Positions 9,003 through 17,202 are shown, counted from the stretch's first letter. The stretch is DNA of 32,000 nucleotides from Candidatus Nanosynbacter lyticus (GCF_000803625.1 NZ_CP007496.1:90001-122000); one strand, 5' to 3'. A program made the numbers and translations. Notes: a model not told the origin generated them from the sequence alone.

Positions 9003-9326
9003 TTGGAAAATATAAAAGTTGATAATCTCCGGGATAGAGTATATGTACTGATGGCTCTATTGCCGTCCGATAATGTGACTACTTATGGAGATATAGCAGC
9101 TATGGCTGGACATCCTTATGCAGCCAGACAGGTTGGAGAGATTGCTCATGGCGGACCGAGTAACTTGCCGTGGCATAGGCTTGTTAATTCAAGAGGCGGT
9201 TTGGCTGTTGGTTTTCCTGGAGGGCAGTGCACACAAAGGTTGATGCTGGAGCAGGACGGTATTCTGTGTGATGATCGTTATAGGGTGGTTAATTTTAAGG
9301 AGCGAAGATGGCATCAGAATTTATAG
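9003..9326 (+). CDS. Alkyltransferase-like (ATL) protein, MGMT DNA-binding-domain fold
   Basis: VTTYGDIAAMAGHPYAARQVGEIAHGG...LPWHRLVNSRGGL; Trp replaces the catalytic Cys of PCHRV. Confidence 0.9.
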   Translation: MENIKVDNLRDRVYVLMALLPSDNVTTYGDIAAMAGHPYAARQVGEIAHGGPSNLPWHRLVNSRGGLAVGFPGGQCTQRLMLEQDGILCDDRYRVVNFKERRWHQNL

Positions 9327-10198
9327 GTAGTAGGTCTAAGTTGCCGTTAATTGTAATCGTTGGTCCAACTGGTAGCGGGAAAACATCTCTAGCGGTAAGT
9401 TTAGCCAGGAAGTATGGTGGTGAAATAATCTGTGCCGACAGCAGAACTGTCTATAGAGGTATGGACATCGGTACTGCAAAGCCTTCGCTTCGCGAACAAC
9501 GGACTGTGCCTCACTGGGGTATTGATTTGGTGGATCCAGGAGCTTCTTTCAGCGCTGCACAGTTTAAAGATTATACTAATCGTAAAATTGAAGAAATTAG
9601 GAGCAGAGGCAATATACCTTTTCTTGTGGGTGGTACCGGTTTGTATGTTGATGCAGTTGTTTTTGACTTTGAATTTGGTAATGATTACGACAAAGACAGG
9701 CGTAATAAGCTGCAGAAAATGACTGTAGCGCAACTCCAGGATTATTGCATTAAACAGGACATCTCTTTGCCAGAAAATAATAAGAATAAAAGATATCTGA
9801 TTAGGTCAATTGAATTGGCCGGACAGAAGGTGTCTAGACAGTCTGCTCCGTTAGGAAACGCTATTATTGTTGGAATTACAACAAAAAAAGATCTACTAAC
9901 GCAACGGATTACAGATAGAGCAAAAAAAATGTTCAATGATGGTGTTGTCAAAGAAACAATAATATTGGGATGTCAGTATGGCTGGACTAACGAAGCAATG
10001 ACTGGTAACGTTTATCCGATTATTAAAAAGGTAGTAGATGGAAGTATGGATCAGTCGCAAGCGGTTCAAGAGTTTATAAAAAGGGACATAGGTCTTGTGA
10101 GGCGTCAGCTAACATGGTTTAGGCGCAATCCGTTTATTGAGTGGGGAGATATAGATTCATGCGAACACTATTTGTCACGATTATTAGATGACAAGTAA
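9308..10198 (+). CDS. miaA: tRNA dimethylallyltransferase
   Basis: IVIVGPTGSGKTSLAVSLARKYGGEIICADSRTVYRGMDIGTAKPS...PFLVGGTGLYVDAVV; IGLVRRQLTWFRRNP. Confidence 0.95.
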   Translation: MASEFIGSRSKLPLIVIVGPTGSGKTSLAVSLARKYGGEIICADSRTVYRGMDIGTAKPSLREQRTVPHWGIDLVDPGASFSAAQFKDYTNRKIEEIRSRGNIPFLVGGTGLYVDAVVFDFEFGNDYDKDRRNKLQKMTVAQLQDYCIKQDISLPENNKNKRYLIRSIELAGQKVSRQSAPLGNAIIVGITTKKDLLTQRITDRAKKMFNDGVVKETIILGCQYGWTNEAMTGNVYPIIKKVVDGSMDQSQAVQEFIKRDIGLVRRQLTWFRRNPFIEWGDIDSCEHYLSRLLDDK

Positions 10199-10222
10199 AA
10201 AATATGTTACAATTATAGTGCA

Positions 10223-10810
10223 ATGATTGATTCATTATTTGGTTCAAAAACAAGAGTAAAACTACTGTATTTATTTCTTAATAATCTGGAAAAATCGTTC
10301 TACGTAAGAGAAATTACTAGAATGATTGATGAGCAAATAAATTCTGTTCGTCGTGAATTGGCGAATATGGTTTCTGTGGGCATTGTGAAGCAGGATGCTA
10401 TAGATAATAAGTTATATTACAGTGTGAATGAGGATTATCCTTATGTGAAGCCTCTTATGGTGATTTTCTCTGATAAAAATAATGATGATAAAAAGCCGGC
10501 AAGTGCTTCATGGGAAGATTCAATAAAGAGAATACGAGGCTTAAAAATAGCTATAACTGCTGGAAAGCTGGATATTGGCTCTATAGCCTCTGTTGATTTG
10601 CTCCTGGTTGGCGATAACATGTCTGCGTTAGCAATAAAGAACTTGATAAAAAGAATTGAGAAGGCTAAGAAGAGTGAAATAAATTATGCCATAATGACGT
10701 ATGATGACTTTTATTATAGGATGAGTGTCAAGGATAGGTTTATAATGGATATGATTAGGAACAAACATTCAGTATTGTTAGATACAGAAGGTATAATGAG
10801 AAAGGAGTAG
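10223..10810 (+). CDS. Winged-helix transcriptional-regulator-like protein
   Basis: GSKTRVKLLYLFLNNLEKSFYVREITRMIDEQINSVRRELANMVSVGIVK is a typical wHTH N-terminus. Confidence 0.7.
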   Translation: MIDSLFGSKTRVKLLYLFLNNLEKSFYVREITRMIDEQINSVRRELANMVSVGIVKQDAIDNKLYYSVNEDYPYVKPLMVIFSDKNNDDKKPASASWEDSIKRIRGLKIAITAGKLDIGSIASVDLLLVGDNMSALAIKNLIKRIEKAKKSEINYAIMTYDDFYYRMSVKDRFIMDMIRNKHSVLLDTEGIMRKE

Positions 10811-10812
10811 GG

Positions 10813-11451
10813 ATGTTTGAGATAGAATATAAGGGCGCCAACGCTGTTGTCATCAATACAAGAAAGCTTCGTGTTGTCTTTGATCCAAATTTAGAGATTG
10901 CTGGCGGTAAAAATGTGGCCGTTAATAACGATATAGAGGTGGTCACTGAAGATAGGCTCTCCAATGTGGAATCATCGCCAAAGTTGCTTTTTAATGGACC
11001 CGGTGAATATGAGGTTGGGGATATATCTATATTAGGTATCCTTGCGCGTAGGCATATTGATGCTGGTAGTGATGTAAGAAAAACTACAATTTACAGAATT
11101 ACAGTCGGCGAAGTTAAGGGTGTGGTTGTCGGTAATGTGGAGGATGGACTTTCTGACGATCAGCTAGAGAATATTGGCGTTGTAGATTTTGCAATATTAC
11201 CCGTAGGAGGTGGTGGCTATACACTGGATGCCGTAGGTGCAACTAAGGTGGTTCGCCAGCTTGACGCTAAGGTGGTTATTCCAGTACATTATAGGGATTC
11301 AAATTTAAATTATGAGGTTCCGCAAGCTGACTTGGATGAGTTCCTGAAGACCTTGGGGGCTCCGGTAATTGAGGCTGAGCAGAAGTGGAAATTAAAGAAG
11401 TCTGCCGATTTGCCTGGCAGCTTAACTATTGTAAAAATATCTAGAAGCTAG
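10813..11451 (+). CDS. Metallo-beta-lactamase-fold (UlaG/Lactamase_B_3-like) protein
   Basis: YKGANAVVINTRKLRVVFDPNL...FNGPGEYEVGDISI...DFAILPVGGGGYTLDAVGATKVVRQLDAKVVIPVHY. Confidence 0.75.
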   Translation: MFEIEYKGANAVVINTRKLRVVFDPNLEIAGGKNVAVNNDIEVVTEDRLSNVESSPKLLFNGPGEYEVGDISILGILARRHIDAGSDVRKTTIYRITVGEVKGVVVGNVEDGLSDDQLENIGVVDFAILPVGGGGYTLDAVGATKVVRQLDAKVVIPVHYRDSNLNYEVPQADLDEFLKTLGAPVIEAEQKWKLKKSADLPGSLTIVKISRS

Positions 11452-11462
11452 TCTTTACAATA

Positions 11463-11502
11463 AATTAAAATCACCCCAGTATTTAGCTGGGGTAATTTTA
11501 AT
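11463..11502. terminator. Bidirectional intrinsic terminator between convergent genes
   Basis: ATTAAAATcACCCCAG-TATTTA-GCTGGGGTaATTTTAAT inverted repeat. Confidence 0.8.
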
Positions 11503-11525
11503 TTTAGAAGTTCGTAAATAGATAT

Positions 11526-11732
11526 TTACTTGCCATGCGTACTTAAGATGCCTTTTTTCTTCAAAGTACGAATCGCTTGTGTGCTTAAGGTCATGGTGAT
11601 TTTCTGACCATCAACAACAAAAGTTTTCTTTTGAAGATTTGGCTTGAAGACACGCTTGGTGCGGCGCAAGGAGAAGCTGACATTATTGCCATACTGCTTG
11701 CCTTTGCCTGTTAAATCACATCGTGATGCCAT
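11526..11732 (-). CDS. rpmB: 50S ribosomal protein L28
   Basis: MASRCDLTGKGKQYGNNVSFSLRRTKRVFKPNLQKKTF...LSTQAIRTLKKKG. True start taken as the ATG at 11732-11730, internal to the longer track ORF. Confidence 0.9.
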   Translation of the reverse strand: MASRCDLTGKGKQYGNNVSFSLRRTKRVFKPNLQKKTFVVDGQKITMTLSTQAIRTLKKKGILSTHGK

Positions 11733-11830
11733 TTCCACTCTCTTTACTTTATTATTGATAACAATCTTTATTATTGTAGCGACATTTGTGCAATTAGTCA
11801 AGACGGCCGGTTGGTGATATAATAACACCT

Positions 11831-12475
11831 ATGGTTTTGGAGATAATAATAGTTATAGTCGTTATACTGCTATCTATGACCATCCATGAGGCTATGCATG
11901 CATTTATGGGTTATGCTTTGGGTGATGATACAGCCAGACAGGAGGGCAGGTTAACATTAAATCCAATAAGACACATTGACCCTTTTATGACCTTATTGCT
12001 GCCGCTAATGATGGTGCTGTTGCACGGGCCAATTTTTGGTGGTGCTAAGCCGGTTCCATTTAATCCAAATAGAGTACGCTTTGGTGAGTGGGGGGCTGCG
12101 CTGGTGGCTCTTTCTGGTCCAATTACTAATCTACTAATTGCTTTTATTGTATTTGGTTTGGGGGTGATTTGTGGCATTATTACTTCCGGGGGAGTGATAC
12201 AGCCAACTATATATGGGATGGTTATCTCCACTGCTGTATCTGTAAATTTAGGATTTTTTATTTTTAATATGCTACCAATCCCACCGCTAGATGGATCGAG
12301 AATTTTGTATGCTGTAGCGCCAGAGGGGATTAGGGTTATTATGCAAAAAATTGAGCAGCAGGGTGCTCTTTTGGTGCTAGTTCTTGTTTTACTGTTTTCT
12401 GGCGCGGTGGGTCAGGTAATGTTTGGCTGTACTCGAGCTATATTGCATATATTTATGATGATTTTTGGTGTATAA
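11831..12475 (+). CDS. Site-2 protease family (M50) zinc metalloprotease
   Basis: TIHEAMHAFMGYALGDDTARQEGRLTLNPIRHIDP...FGGAKPVPFNPNR; HExxH plus GPITNL; multiple TM segments. Confidence 0.9.
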   Translation: MVLEIIIVIVVILLSMTIHEAMHAFMGYALGDDTARQEGRLTLNPIRHIDPFMTLLLPLMMVLLHGPIFGGAKPVPFNPNRVRFGEWGAALVALSGPITNLLIAFIVFGLGVICGIITSGGVIQPTIYGMVISTAVSVNLGFFIFNMLPIPPLDGSRILYAVAPEGIRVIMQKIEQQGALLVLVLVLLFSGAVGQVMFGCTRAILHIFMMIFGV

Positions 12476-12476
12476 T
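12471..12476 (+). promoter_or_regulatory. -10 element TATAAT for the ~150-nt RNA, overlapping the M50 stop codon
   Basis: TATAAT at 12471-12476; expected TSS about 12483-12484. No good -35 seen. Confidence 0.5.
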
Positions 12477-12483
12477 ATTAGTA

Positions 12484-12634
12484 GACCCTAGGTTTTTCCG
12501 TGGGCGCGTATGATTTTCCTAACATCATATGATAGGGAGCTCTAATGATTTATTACTGTGGTAATACTTTGCGGGCACCCACCTTGCATCTACGCGGGGA
12601 ATATCGAGCGCTCACGGAAAAGCTTGGGGTTTTT
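12484..12634 (+). ncRNA. Unclassified structured small RNA with long closing helix
   Basis: 12485-12507 (ACCCTAGGTTTTTCCGTGGGCGC) pairs with 12608-12630 (GCGCTCACGGAAAAGCTTGGGGT) over 23 contiguous pairs including 4 G-U. An inner helix 12512-12520/12597-12605 and a UUUUU run after the 3' strand are also present. Confidence 0.65.
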
Positions 12635-12650
12635 AATGGTATAATGGATA

Positions 12651-12989
12651 GGTAGCCTGTTGGGTAGTCGCTTGAGTTAATCTTAAGAGGAAAGTCCGGG
12701 CAGTGAAGGACGACGGCAGTCGCTAACGGCGACCGGGGGAGACCCTAGGGAAAGTGCCACAGAAACGAAACTACCTCTATTTATATAGAGGAAAAGGTGA
12801 AACGAGTGAGGTAAAAGCTCACAGTCGTCTACGGTGACGTAGATGGGAGGTAAACCCTGCCGACTGCAAGGAGGTCTGCATGCAAAGAGGAGTCCACTCG
12901 TAGGCCGATAACCGCTTGATTTGTTTGGCAACAAGCAAACTAGATAGATGATTACCCTAGACAGAACCCGGCTTATAGACAGGCTATAA
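12651..12989 (+). ncRNA. rnpB: RNase P RNA (bacterial class A-like)
   Basis: GAGGAAAGTCCGGGC, CCTAGGGAAAGTGCCACAGAAACGAAACTACC, AGGTGAAACGAGTGAGGTAAAAGC, GTAGATG...GTAAACCC, ACAGAACCCGGCTTA. Terminal pairing TAGCCTGT/ACAGGCTA; TATAAT at 12640-12645. Confidence 0.95.
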
Positions 12990-13021
12990 GAAAACACCCT
13001 GATATGACACAGGGTGTTTTC
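12987..13021. terminator. Terminator of rnpB, likely shared with the convergent rplT operon
   Basis: AAAACACCCTG-ATATGACA-CAGGGTGTTTT. Confidence 0.85.
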
Positions 13022-13042
13022 CATTATGACTAGGAGGTTATA

Positions 13043-13384
13043 TTATAGGCTAGCTTTTACTATCTCGGCAAAAGCTTTTGGCTCGCTAACTGCTAATTCA
13101 GCCAGAATCTTTCTATCAATCTCAATATTTTTGGATTTCATAGAAGCTATTAGCTTACCATAAGTTGTGCCTTCCTGGCGAGCGGCTGCGTTAATGCGGG
13201 TAATCCATAGTCCACGCAAATCGCGTTTTTTATTGCGGCGATCACGATAAGCGTATTGTAGGGCACGAATAACCCCTTGTTTTGCTAAACGAAAACTGCG
13301 CGTGCGGTTATGCTGCATCCCTGCGGCTGCTTTTAAAATCTTCTTATGTTTGGCGCGTGCGGTAACTCCTCGTTTTACTCGCAT
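13043..13384 (-). CDS. rplT: 50S ribosomal protein L20
   Basis: [67 protein letters not shown]. Confidence 0.96.
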   Translation of the reverse strand: MRVKRGVTARAKHKKILKAAAGMQHNRTRSFRLAKQGVIRALQYAYRDRRNKKRDLRGLWITRINAAARQEGTTYGKLIASMKSKNIEIDRKILAELAVSEPKAFAEIVKASL

Positions 13385-13386
13385 AA

Positions 13387-13581
13387 TTATACTCCCATTG
13401 CTCGACGAGCATTCTTAGCCATCGAACCAGTTACGGTTGCTGTTGTATTTATTGCACGCTTACGGCTTTTTGACTTCTTAGCCAAAAAGTGACCGCCAAA
13501 TGCGCGCTGGCGTGTCAATTTGCCGGTACTGGTCAGCTTAATTCTCTTCGCAGTGCCTTTATGGGTCTTTAGCTTTGGCAT
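13387..13581 (-). CDS. rpmI: 50S ribosomal protein L35
   Basis: [42 protein letters not shown]. Confidence 0.95.
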   Translation of the reverse strand: MPKLKTHKGTAKRIKLTSTGKLTRQRAFGGHFLAKKSKSRKRAINTTATVTGSMAKNARRAMGV

Positions 13582-14087
13582 TACTTACTCCTTATTACTA
13601 CGCTCAGATTGCGACCAGCCATCTGAGGCTTTTGCTCTAATATTGCATCGTCACTAAGTTGATCCATTACTTTGTCAATCAATTCGTAGCCAATTTCTTT
13701 GTGGGCCATTTCGCGACCCTTGTAAACTACTTGTATACGAACTTTGTGTCCGTTTTCCAAGAATTTACGGATTTTTTTCAGCTTTACCTCAAGATCTCCA
13801 GCTCCTATCTTTAGACCAAAGCGCATTTGCTTTAAGTCCCCAGACTTTGCTTGCCGTCGGTTTTTTTGCTGATCTTTCATCTTCTGGTACTGATATTTGC
13901 CCCAGTCAATGATTTTTGCAACTGGCGGTTTGGCTCCTGGCGATATTTCAACTAAATCAAGATTCATGTCCTCGGCCTTTTTCAAGGCTTCTTGAAGCGA
14001 CATGATTCCCAGCTGTTCACCGTCAGGACCAATTATCCGCAGTTCCTTTGCACGGATTGCTCCGTTGATACGGATTGACTTATTAAT
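13581..14087 (-). CDS. infC: Translation initiation factor IF-3, predicted AUU start
   Basis: The minus-strand frame continues upstream of the track ORF: ATT AAT AAG TCA ATC CGT... = INKSIRINGAIRAKELRIIGPDGEQLGIMSLQEALKKAEDMNLDLVEISPGAKPPVAKIIDWGKY. AAAGGAG lies upstream; no ATG/GTG/TTG before the upstream in-frame TAA. Confidence 0.92.
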   Translation of the reverse strand: MNKSIRINGAIRAKELRIIGPDGEQLGIMSLQEALKKAEDMNLDLVEISPGAKPPVAKIIDWGKYQYQKMKDQQKNRRQAKSGDLKQMRFGLKIGAGDLEVKLKKIRKFLENGHKVRIQVVYKGREMAHKEIGYELIDKVMDQLSDDAILEQKPQMAGRNLSVVIRSK

Positions 14088-14131
14088 CTCTGGCTCTCCT
14101 TTTGAAGCAATTTTAGATTAACTCAGTTGCT

Positions 14132-14160
14132 ATTGTAACAGAGATGTTTATTATTTTCAA
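14132..14160 (-). promoter_or_regulatory. Promoter TTGAAA-N17-TACAAT for infC-rpmI-rplT
   Basis: Minus-strand TTGAAA (14160-14155), 17-nt spacer, TACAAT (14137-14132). Confidence 0.65.
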
Positions 14161-14168
14161 GGATGTAA

Positions 14169-15692
14169 TTAGTTAATGTTAATTTGTCTATACTGCAGAC
14201 TTTCGGCGATATGTGAAACTTCTATCGAGGTTGAATTTTCTAGGTCGGCTATTGTGCGGGCAACTTTAATTACTTTAAAATAGCTGCGCGTGCTTAAGTC
14301 TAGTCGCCTAGCTGCGTTAATCAAGAAGGCTTTCGTAGAGGCTGAAATAGATGTAATTTTGTCAACATCGCTACTTGAAAGGTCGTTGTTGTATTTATAG
14401 CTACATCCATACCTAGTTTTCTGAATGGCACGAGCTTGAGAAATTTCAGATAAAAATAATGAATGTTGTGATTTTATCAACGAACTATTACTGAGTAGCT
14501 TTTCGTGGGGAACTCTTGAAACTGATACGGTTAAGTCTATGCGATCAAGTAGCGGTCCTGATAACTTTTTTTGATAGTTAAGGATTTGATTTTGTGAGCA
14601 GATGCAGGTTTTGTCTGAGTCACCAAGAAACCCACATGGGCAGGGATTCATAGTGGCAATCAATAAAAAATTGGCAGGAAAGTTGAACTTACCGTTAGCA
14701 CGACTCACTGTGATCTCGTGGTCTTCTAGGGGTTGGCGTAGCGACTCTAAGATATTTCTGGGATATTCTAATAGCTCATCTAGGAATAGAACACCTCGAT
14801 GCGCCAGACTGATTTCTCCAGGTTGTATCCTTGATCCGCCGCCGATGATGGAAGCTCTACTAGCGGTGTGGTGAGGTGATCTGAATGGGCGCTCTCTAAT
14901 GGTACTACTGATAGTGTTAGTATTGCCCAGGTTGTGTAGTTTGGTAACTTCAACGATTTCAGTTTTTGATAGTGGGGGTAATAGGTTTTTTAGAGATTTT
15001 GCTAGCATAGTTTTTCCTGATCCCGGAGGGCCAGATAGCAAAATGTTATGTCTTCCAGCTACGGCAATCTGAATGGCTCTTTTAGCCTGTTCCTGTCCAT
15101 AGATGTCGTCAATTGTCGTCTTGTCTTCTGGCGTGTTAGTTTCTATTTTATTTTTAGTTCTATTTATTGATTTAATGAACTTCTCCTTTTTTAAGTGTAG
15201 GAAGAGAGATTTGAGATTGTCTACTGGGAATATTTTAACACCGGGAACTAGAGATGCTTGTTCTGCATTCTGGGCTGGCACGAATACTGATTTAATTTTG
15301 TGGTTTTTAGCAACCTCAGCTGTGACAATTGCTGATCGTATTGGTCGTAGGCTGCCATCTAAGGCTAGTTCACCTGCAAAAATTGCACCTTCTATGTCGT
15401 TTTGAGTTAGCATACCTCCTATGCACAAGATGGCTAGTGCTATTGGCAGATCAAACTGTGATCCGTCTTTTGGCAGTTCCGCTGGAGCTAAATTAACAAT
15501 TAATTTGCCCTTTGGAAAATCTAGGGATGAATTTTTTATTGCACTGCGTACTCTATCTCGAGATTCATCAATAGCCTTGTTGCCCATACCTACGATTTGT
15601 AGGCTAGGTAGCCCCTTTGACATGTCGCCTTCAACCTCAATAATCTTTCCAGTGAAACCATAGGGTGTGGCCGAGACAACTCTGCTTACCAT
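14169..15692 (-). CDS. comM: YifB/ComM family Mg-chelatase-like AAA+ ATPase
   Basis: FTGKIIEVEGDMSKGLPSLQIVGMGNKAIDESRDRVRSAI..., DIYGQEQAKRAIQIAVAGRHNILLSGPPGSGKTMLAKSL, FRSPHHTAS, PCPCGFLGD, LLDRIDL. Confidence 0.95.
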   Translation of the reverse strand: MVSRVVSATPYGFTGKIIEVEGDMSKGLPSLQIVGMGNKAIDESRDRVRSAIKNSSLDFPKGKLIVNLAPAELPKDGSQFDLPIALAILCIGGMLTQNDIEGAIFAGELALDGSLRPIRSAIVTAEVAKNHKIKSVFVPAQNAEQASLVPGVKIFPVDNLKSLFLHLKKEKFIKSINRTKNKIETNTPEDKTTIDDIYGQEQAKRAIQIAVAGRHNILLSGPPGSGKTMLAKSLKNLLPPLSKTEIVEVTKLHNLGNTNTISSTIRERPFRSPHHTASRASIIGGGSRIQPGEISLAHRGVLFLDELLEYPRNILESLRQPLEDHEITVSRANGKFNFPANFLLIATMNPCPCGFLGDSDKTCICSQNQILNYQKKLSGPLLDRIDLTVSVSRVPHEKLLSNSSLIKSQHSLFLSEISQARAIQKTRYGCSYKYNNDLSSSDVDKITSISASTKAFLINAARRLDLSTRSYFKVIKVARTIADLENSTSIEVSHIAESLQYRQININ

Positions 15693-15738
15693 AAGTCTAT
15701 TAAAACATAAGTGTATAGATTTTTAAATGAGGCAGTGG

Positions 15739-15744
15739 TATAAT
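15739..15744 (+). promoter_or_regulatory. -10 element TATAAT upstream of tmRNA
   Basis: GGCAGTGGTATAATCATTATTG. Confidence 0.5.
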
Positions 15745-15758
15745 CATTATTGATGTGC

Positions 15759-16158
15759 GGGGCTGATATAGCTTTCGACAATTGGACTTTATCAAGATAT
15801 TCTGCGAACCGACGATACACGTAACGTATGCTGTAGTTGCAAACTTTGTTGCAAAAGCAAAGTCATTTGTAGCGAGCGCTTTCGCTCCTAAGATGGCTTT
15901 TGCGCCAATCGCTGCTTAGTTTTTAGCGATCATCCTAGCATCGTGGCAACAGTCAATGTTGTAGGGTGTCATATATATGTTGCTTGCTGTATGTTCGGAA
16001 GTGGCGGACATACGGGACTTTCTCCGCGTAACGAAACTTAGTTTTTTTGACTCATTTTTTAGCTAAGTGACGTTATAAAATTTTTAAATGAGCCTATGTT
16101 CGTAGACGAGTATCATGATACCAGTTGGACCCGGGGGCAGTACCCGGCAGCTCCACCA
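15759..16158 (+). ncRNA. ssrA: tmRNA (one-piece)
   Basis: 5' GGGGCTGATATAGCTTTCGACA and 3' CAGCTCCACCA form the tRNA-like acceptor with G3-U70. Tag reading frame 15839-15919 after a GTAGTT resume context. Confidence 0.9.
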
Positions 16159-16170
16159 TGTATATTTGAT

Positions 16171-16193
16171 TCGGCCGAGAGGCCGGTTTTTTT
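16171..16193 (+). terminator. tmRNA intrinsic terminator
   Basis: CGGCC-GAGA-GGCCG followed by GTTTTTTT. Confidence 0.9.
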
Positions 16194-16216
16194 ATTTGGT
16201 AAGTAATGTAGGCTGT

Positions 16217-16252
16217 AAAAAAACAACCACCTGCGAGTAGTGGTTGTTTTTA
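16217..16252. terminator. Bidirectional intrinsic terminator
   Basis: AAAAAACAACCAC-CTGCGAGTA-GTGGTTGTTTTTA. Confidence 0.8.
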
Positions 16253-17053
16253 AAAAGTGGAGTTTTACAAGTTCTTTTTATTTTTGGCTTCTGTATAACT
16301 TTTTTATTCAGAAGCTACCCCCATAATAAGTCATAGAAATGCTTATGTCAACAGTATTTTTATAAAAAACCTAAGTAAAAAATACTACACTCACTATCAT
16401 CATTATTTATCACCGTCTATGCTGGCGAGGTGCTATAGAAGATTGATTTGTGGCTGATCGTTTGTATCACCTGAGAGTTTTTTCTTAGGACGGTTTGTGT
16501 CATAGTCTGCTGGGGTAAAGACGTTATTTGTATAGTCGGGTCTATGGCTTATGTCTTAATATATTTTGAGCTGGCTTGTAATGTCCAGGGCGATTGTGTA
16601 ATTTTGGAATAATCACTATTTGATATGACGCAATAATTATTTAAAAAAAGTATGCACGATAGCTGTGACTGTGGTGATGAAAAGAAGAAAAAAAAAGGGG
16701 GGGTTATAATGATTGTAAATATTTAATATATTCTGATTGACAAAATACTTAGTTCATTTTGTGAAGTATCTAAAGATTTGTACTGTAGATTTATATAGGT
16801 AAAAAATAAACCAATGTTGTTGAGTTCTGGCGTGTTGGCGAAAAGGGCGTGGTTATTTTAAATTGCACCCTCTGTAATGACTTTAGTTGCCTTGACATGG
16901 GTATCATTATGGGACTGCGATAGGGCAATAGTCGTAATACTGTTGTAAAAAACACTTAAATAGATAAAATTAGATTTACCACTTTAACAGATGATAATTT
17001 TAACAACAGCTAATAATAAGTAAATATTACAATAATTTTTAATAATGTTTTGG

Positions 17054-17082
17054 TTGACACAATAAAGGGGTTGTGCTAGTAT
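17054..17082 (+). promoter_or_regulatory. Promoter TTGACA-N17-TAGTAT
   Basis: TTGACA 17054-17059, spacer 17060-17076, TAGTAT 17077-17082. Confidence 0.65.
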
Positions 17083-17202
17083 AAACGTAAGCTTTTATTG
17101 AAAACCAAAAAGCAAAAAACACATTAACAATTCATAGACAAGACTCAACATTTAAGAGTAAGTACTTGACGGACAATTGGCTGCATGATTTTTATAATGA
17201 CG

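Noticed and set aside
11733-11828. N-terminal extension of L28 in the track
   Set aside because: Canonical L28 starts at MASRCDLTGKG; the extension has no similarity to L28.
12484-12634. Calling the ~150-nt RNA SRP RNA or 6S RNA outright
   Set aside because: The SRP apical signature (GGAAG..AGCAG) was not found, and the 6S central bubble cannot be verified without covariance models; left unclassified.
12683-13024. 113-aa minus-strand ORF
   Set aside because: Antisense to rnpB and crosses its terminator.
15421-15663. 80-aa plus-strand ORF, and 14602-14874, 15103-15405
   Set aside because: Antisense to the well-supported comM coding frame.
16893-16930. TTGACA at about 16893 and TTGACA at 16737 as promoters
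   Set aside because: No acceptable -10 at 16-18 nt spacing.
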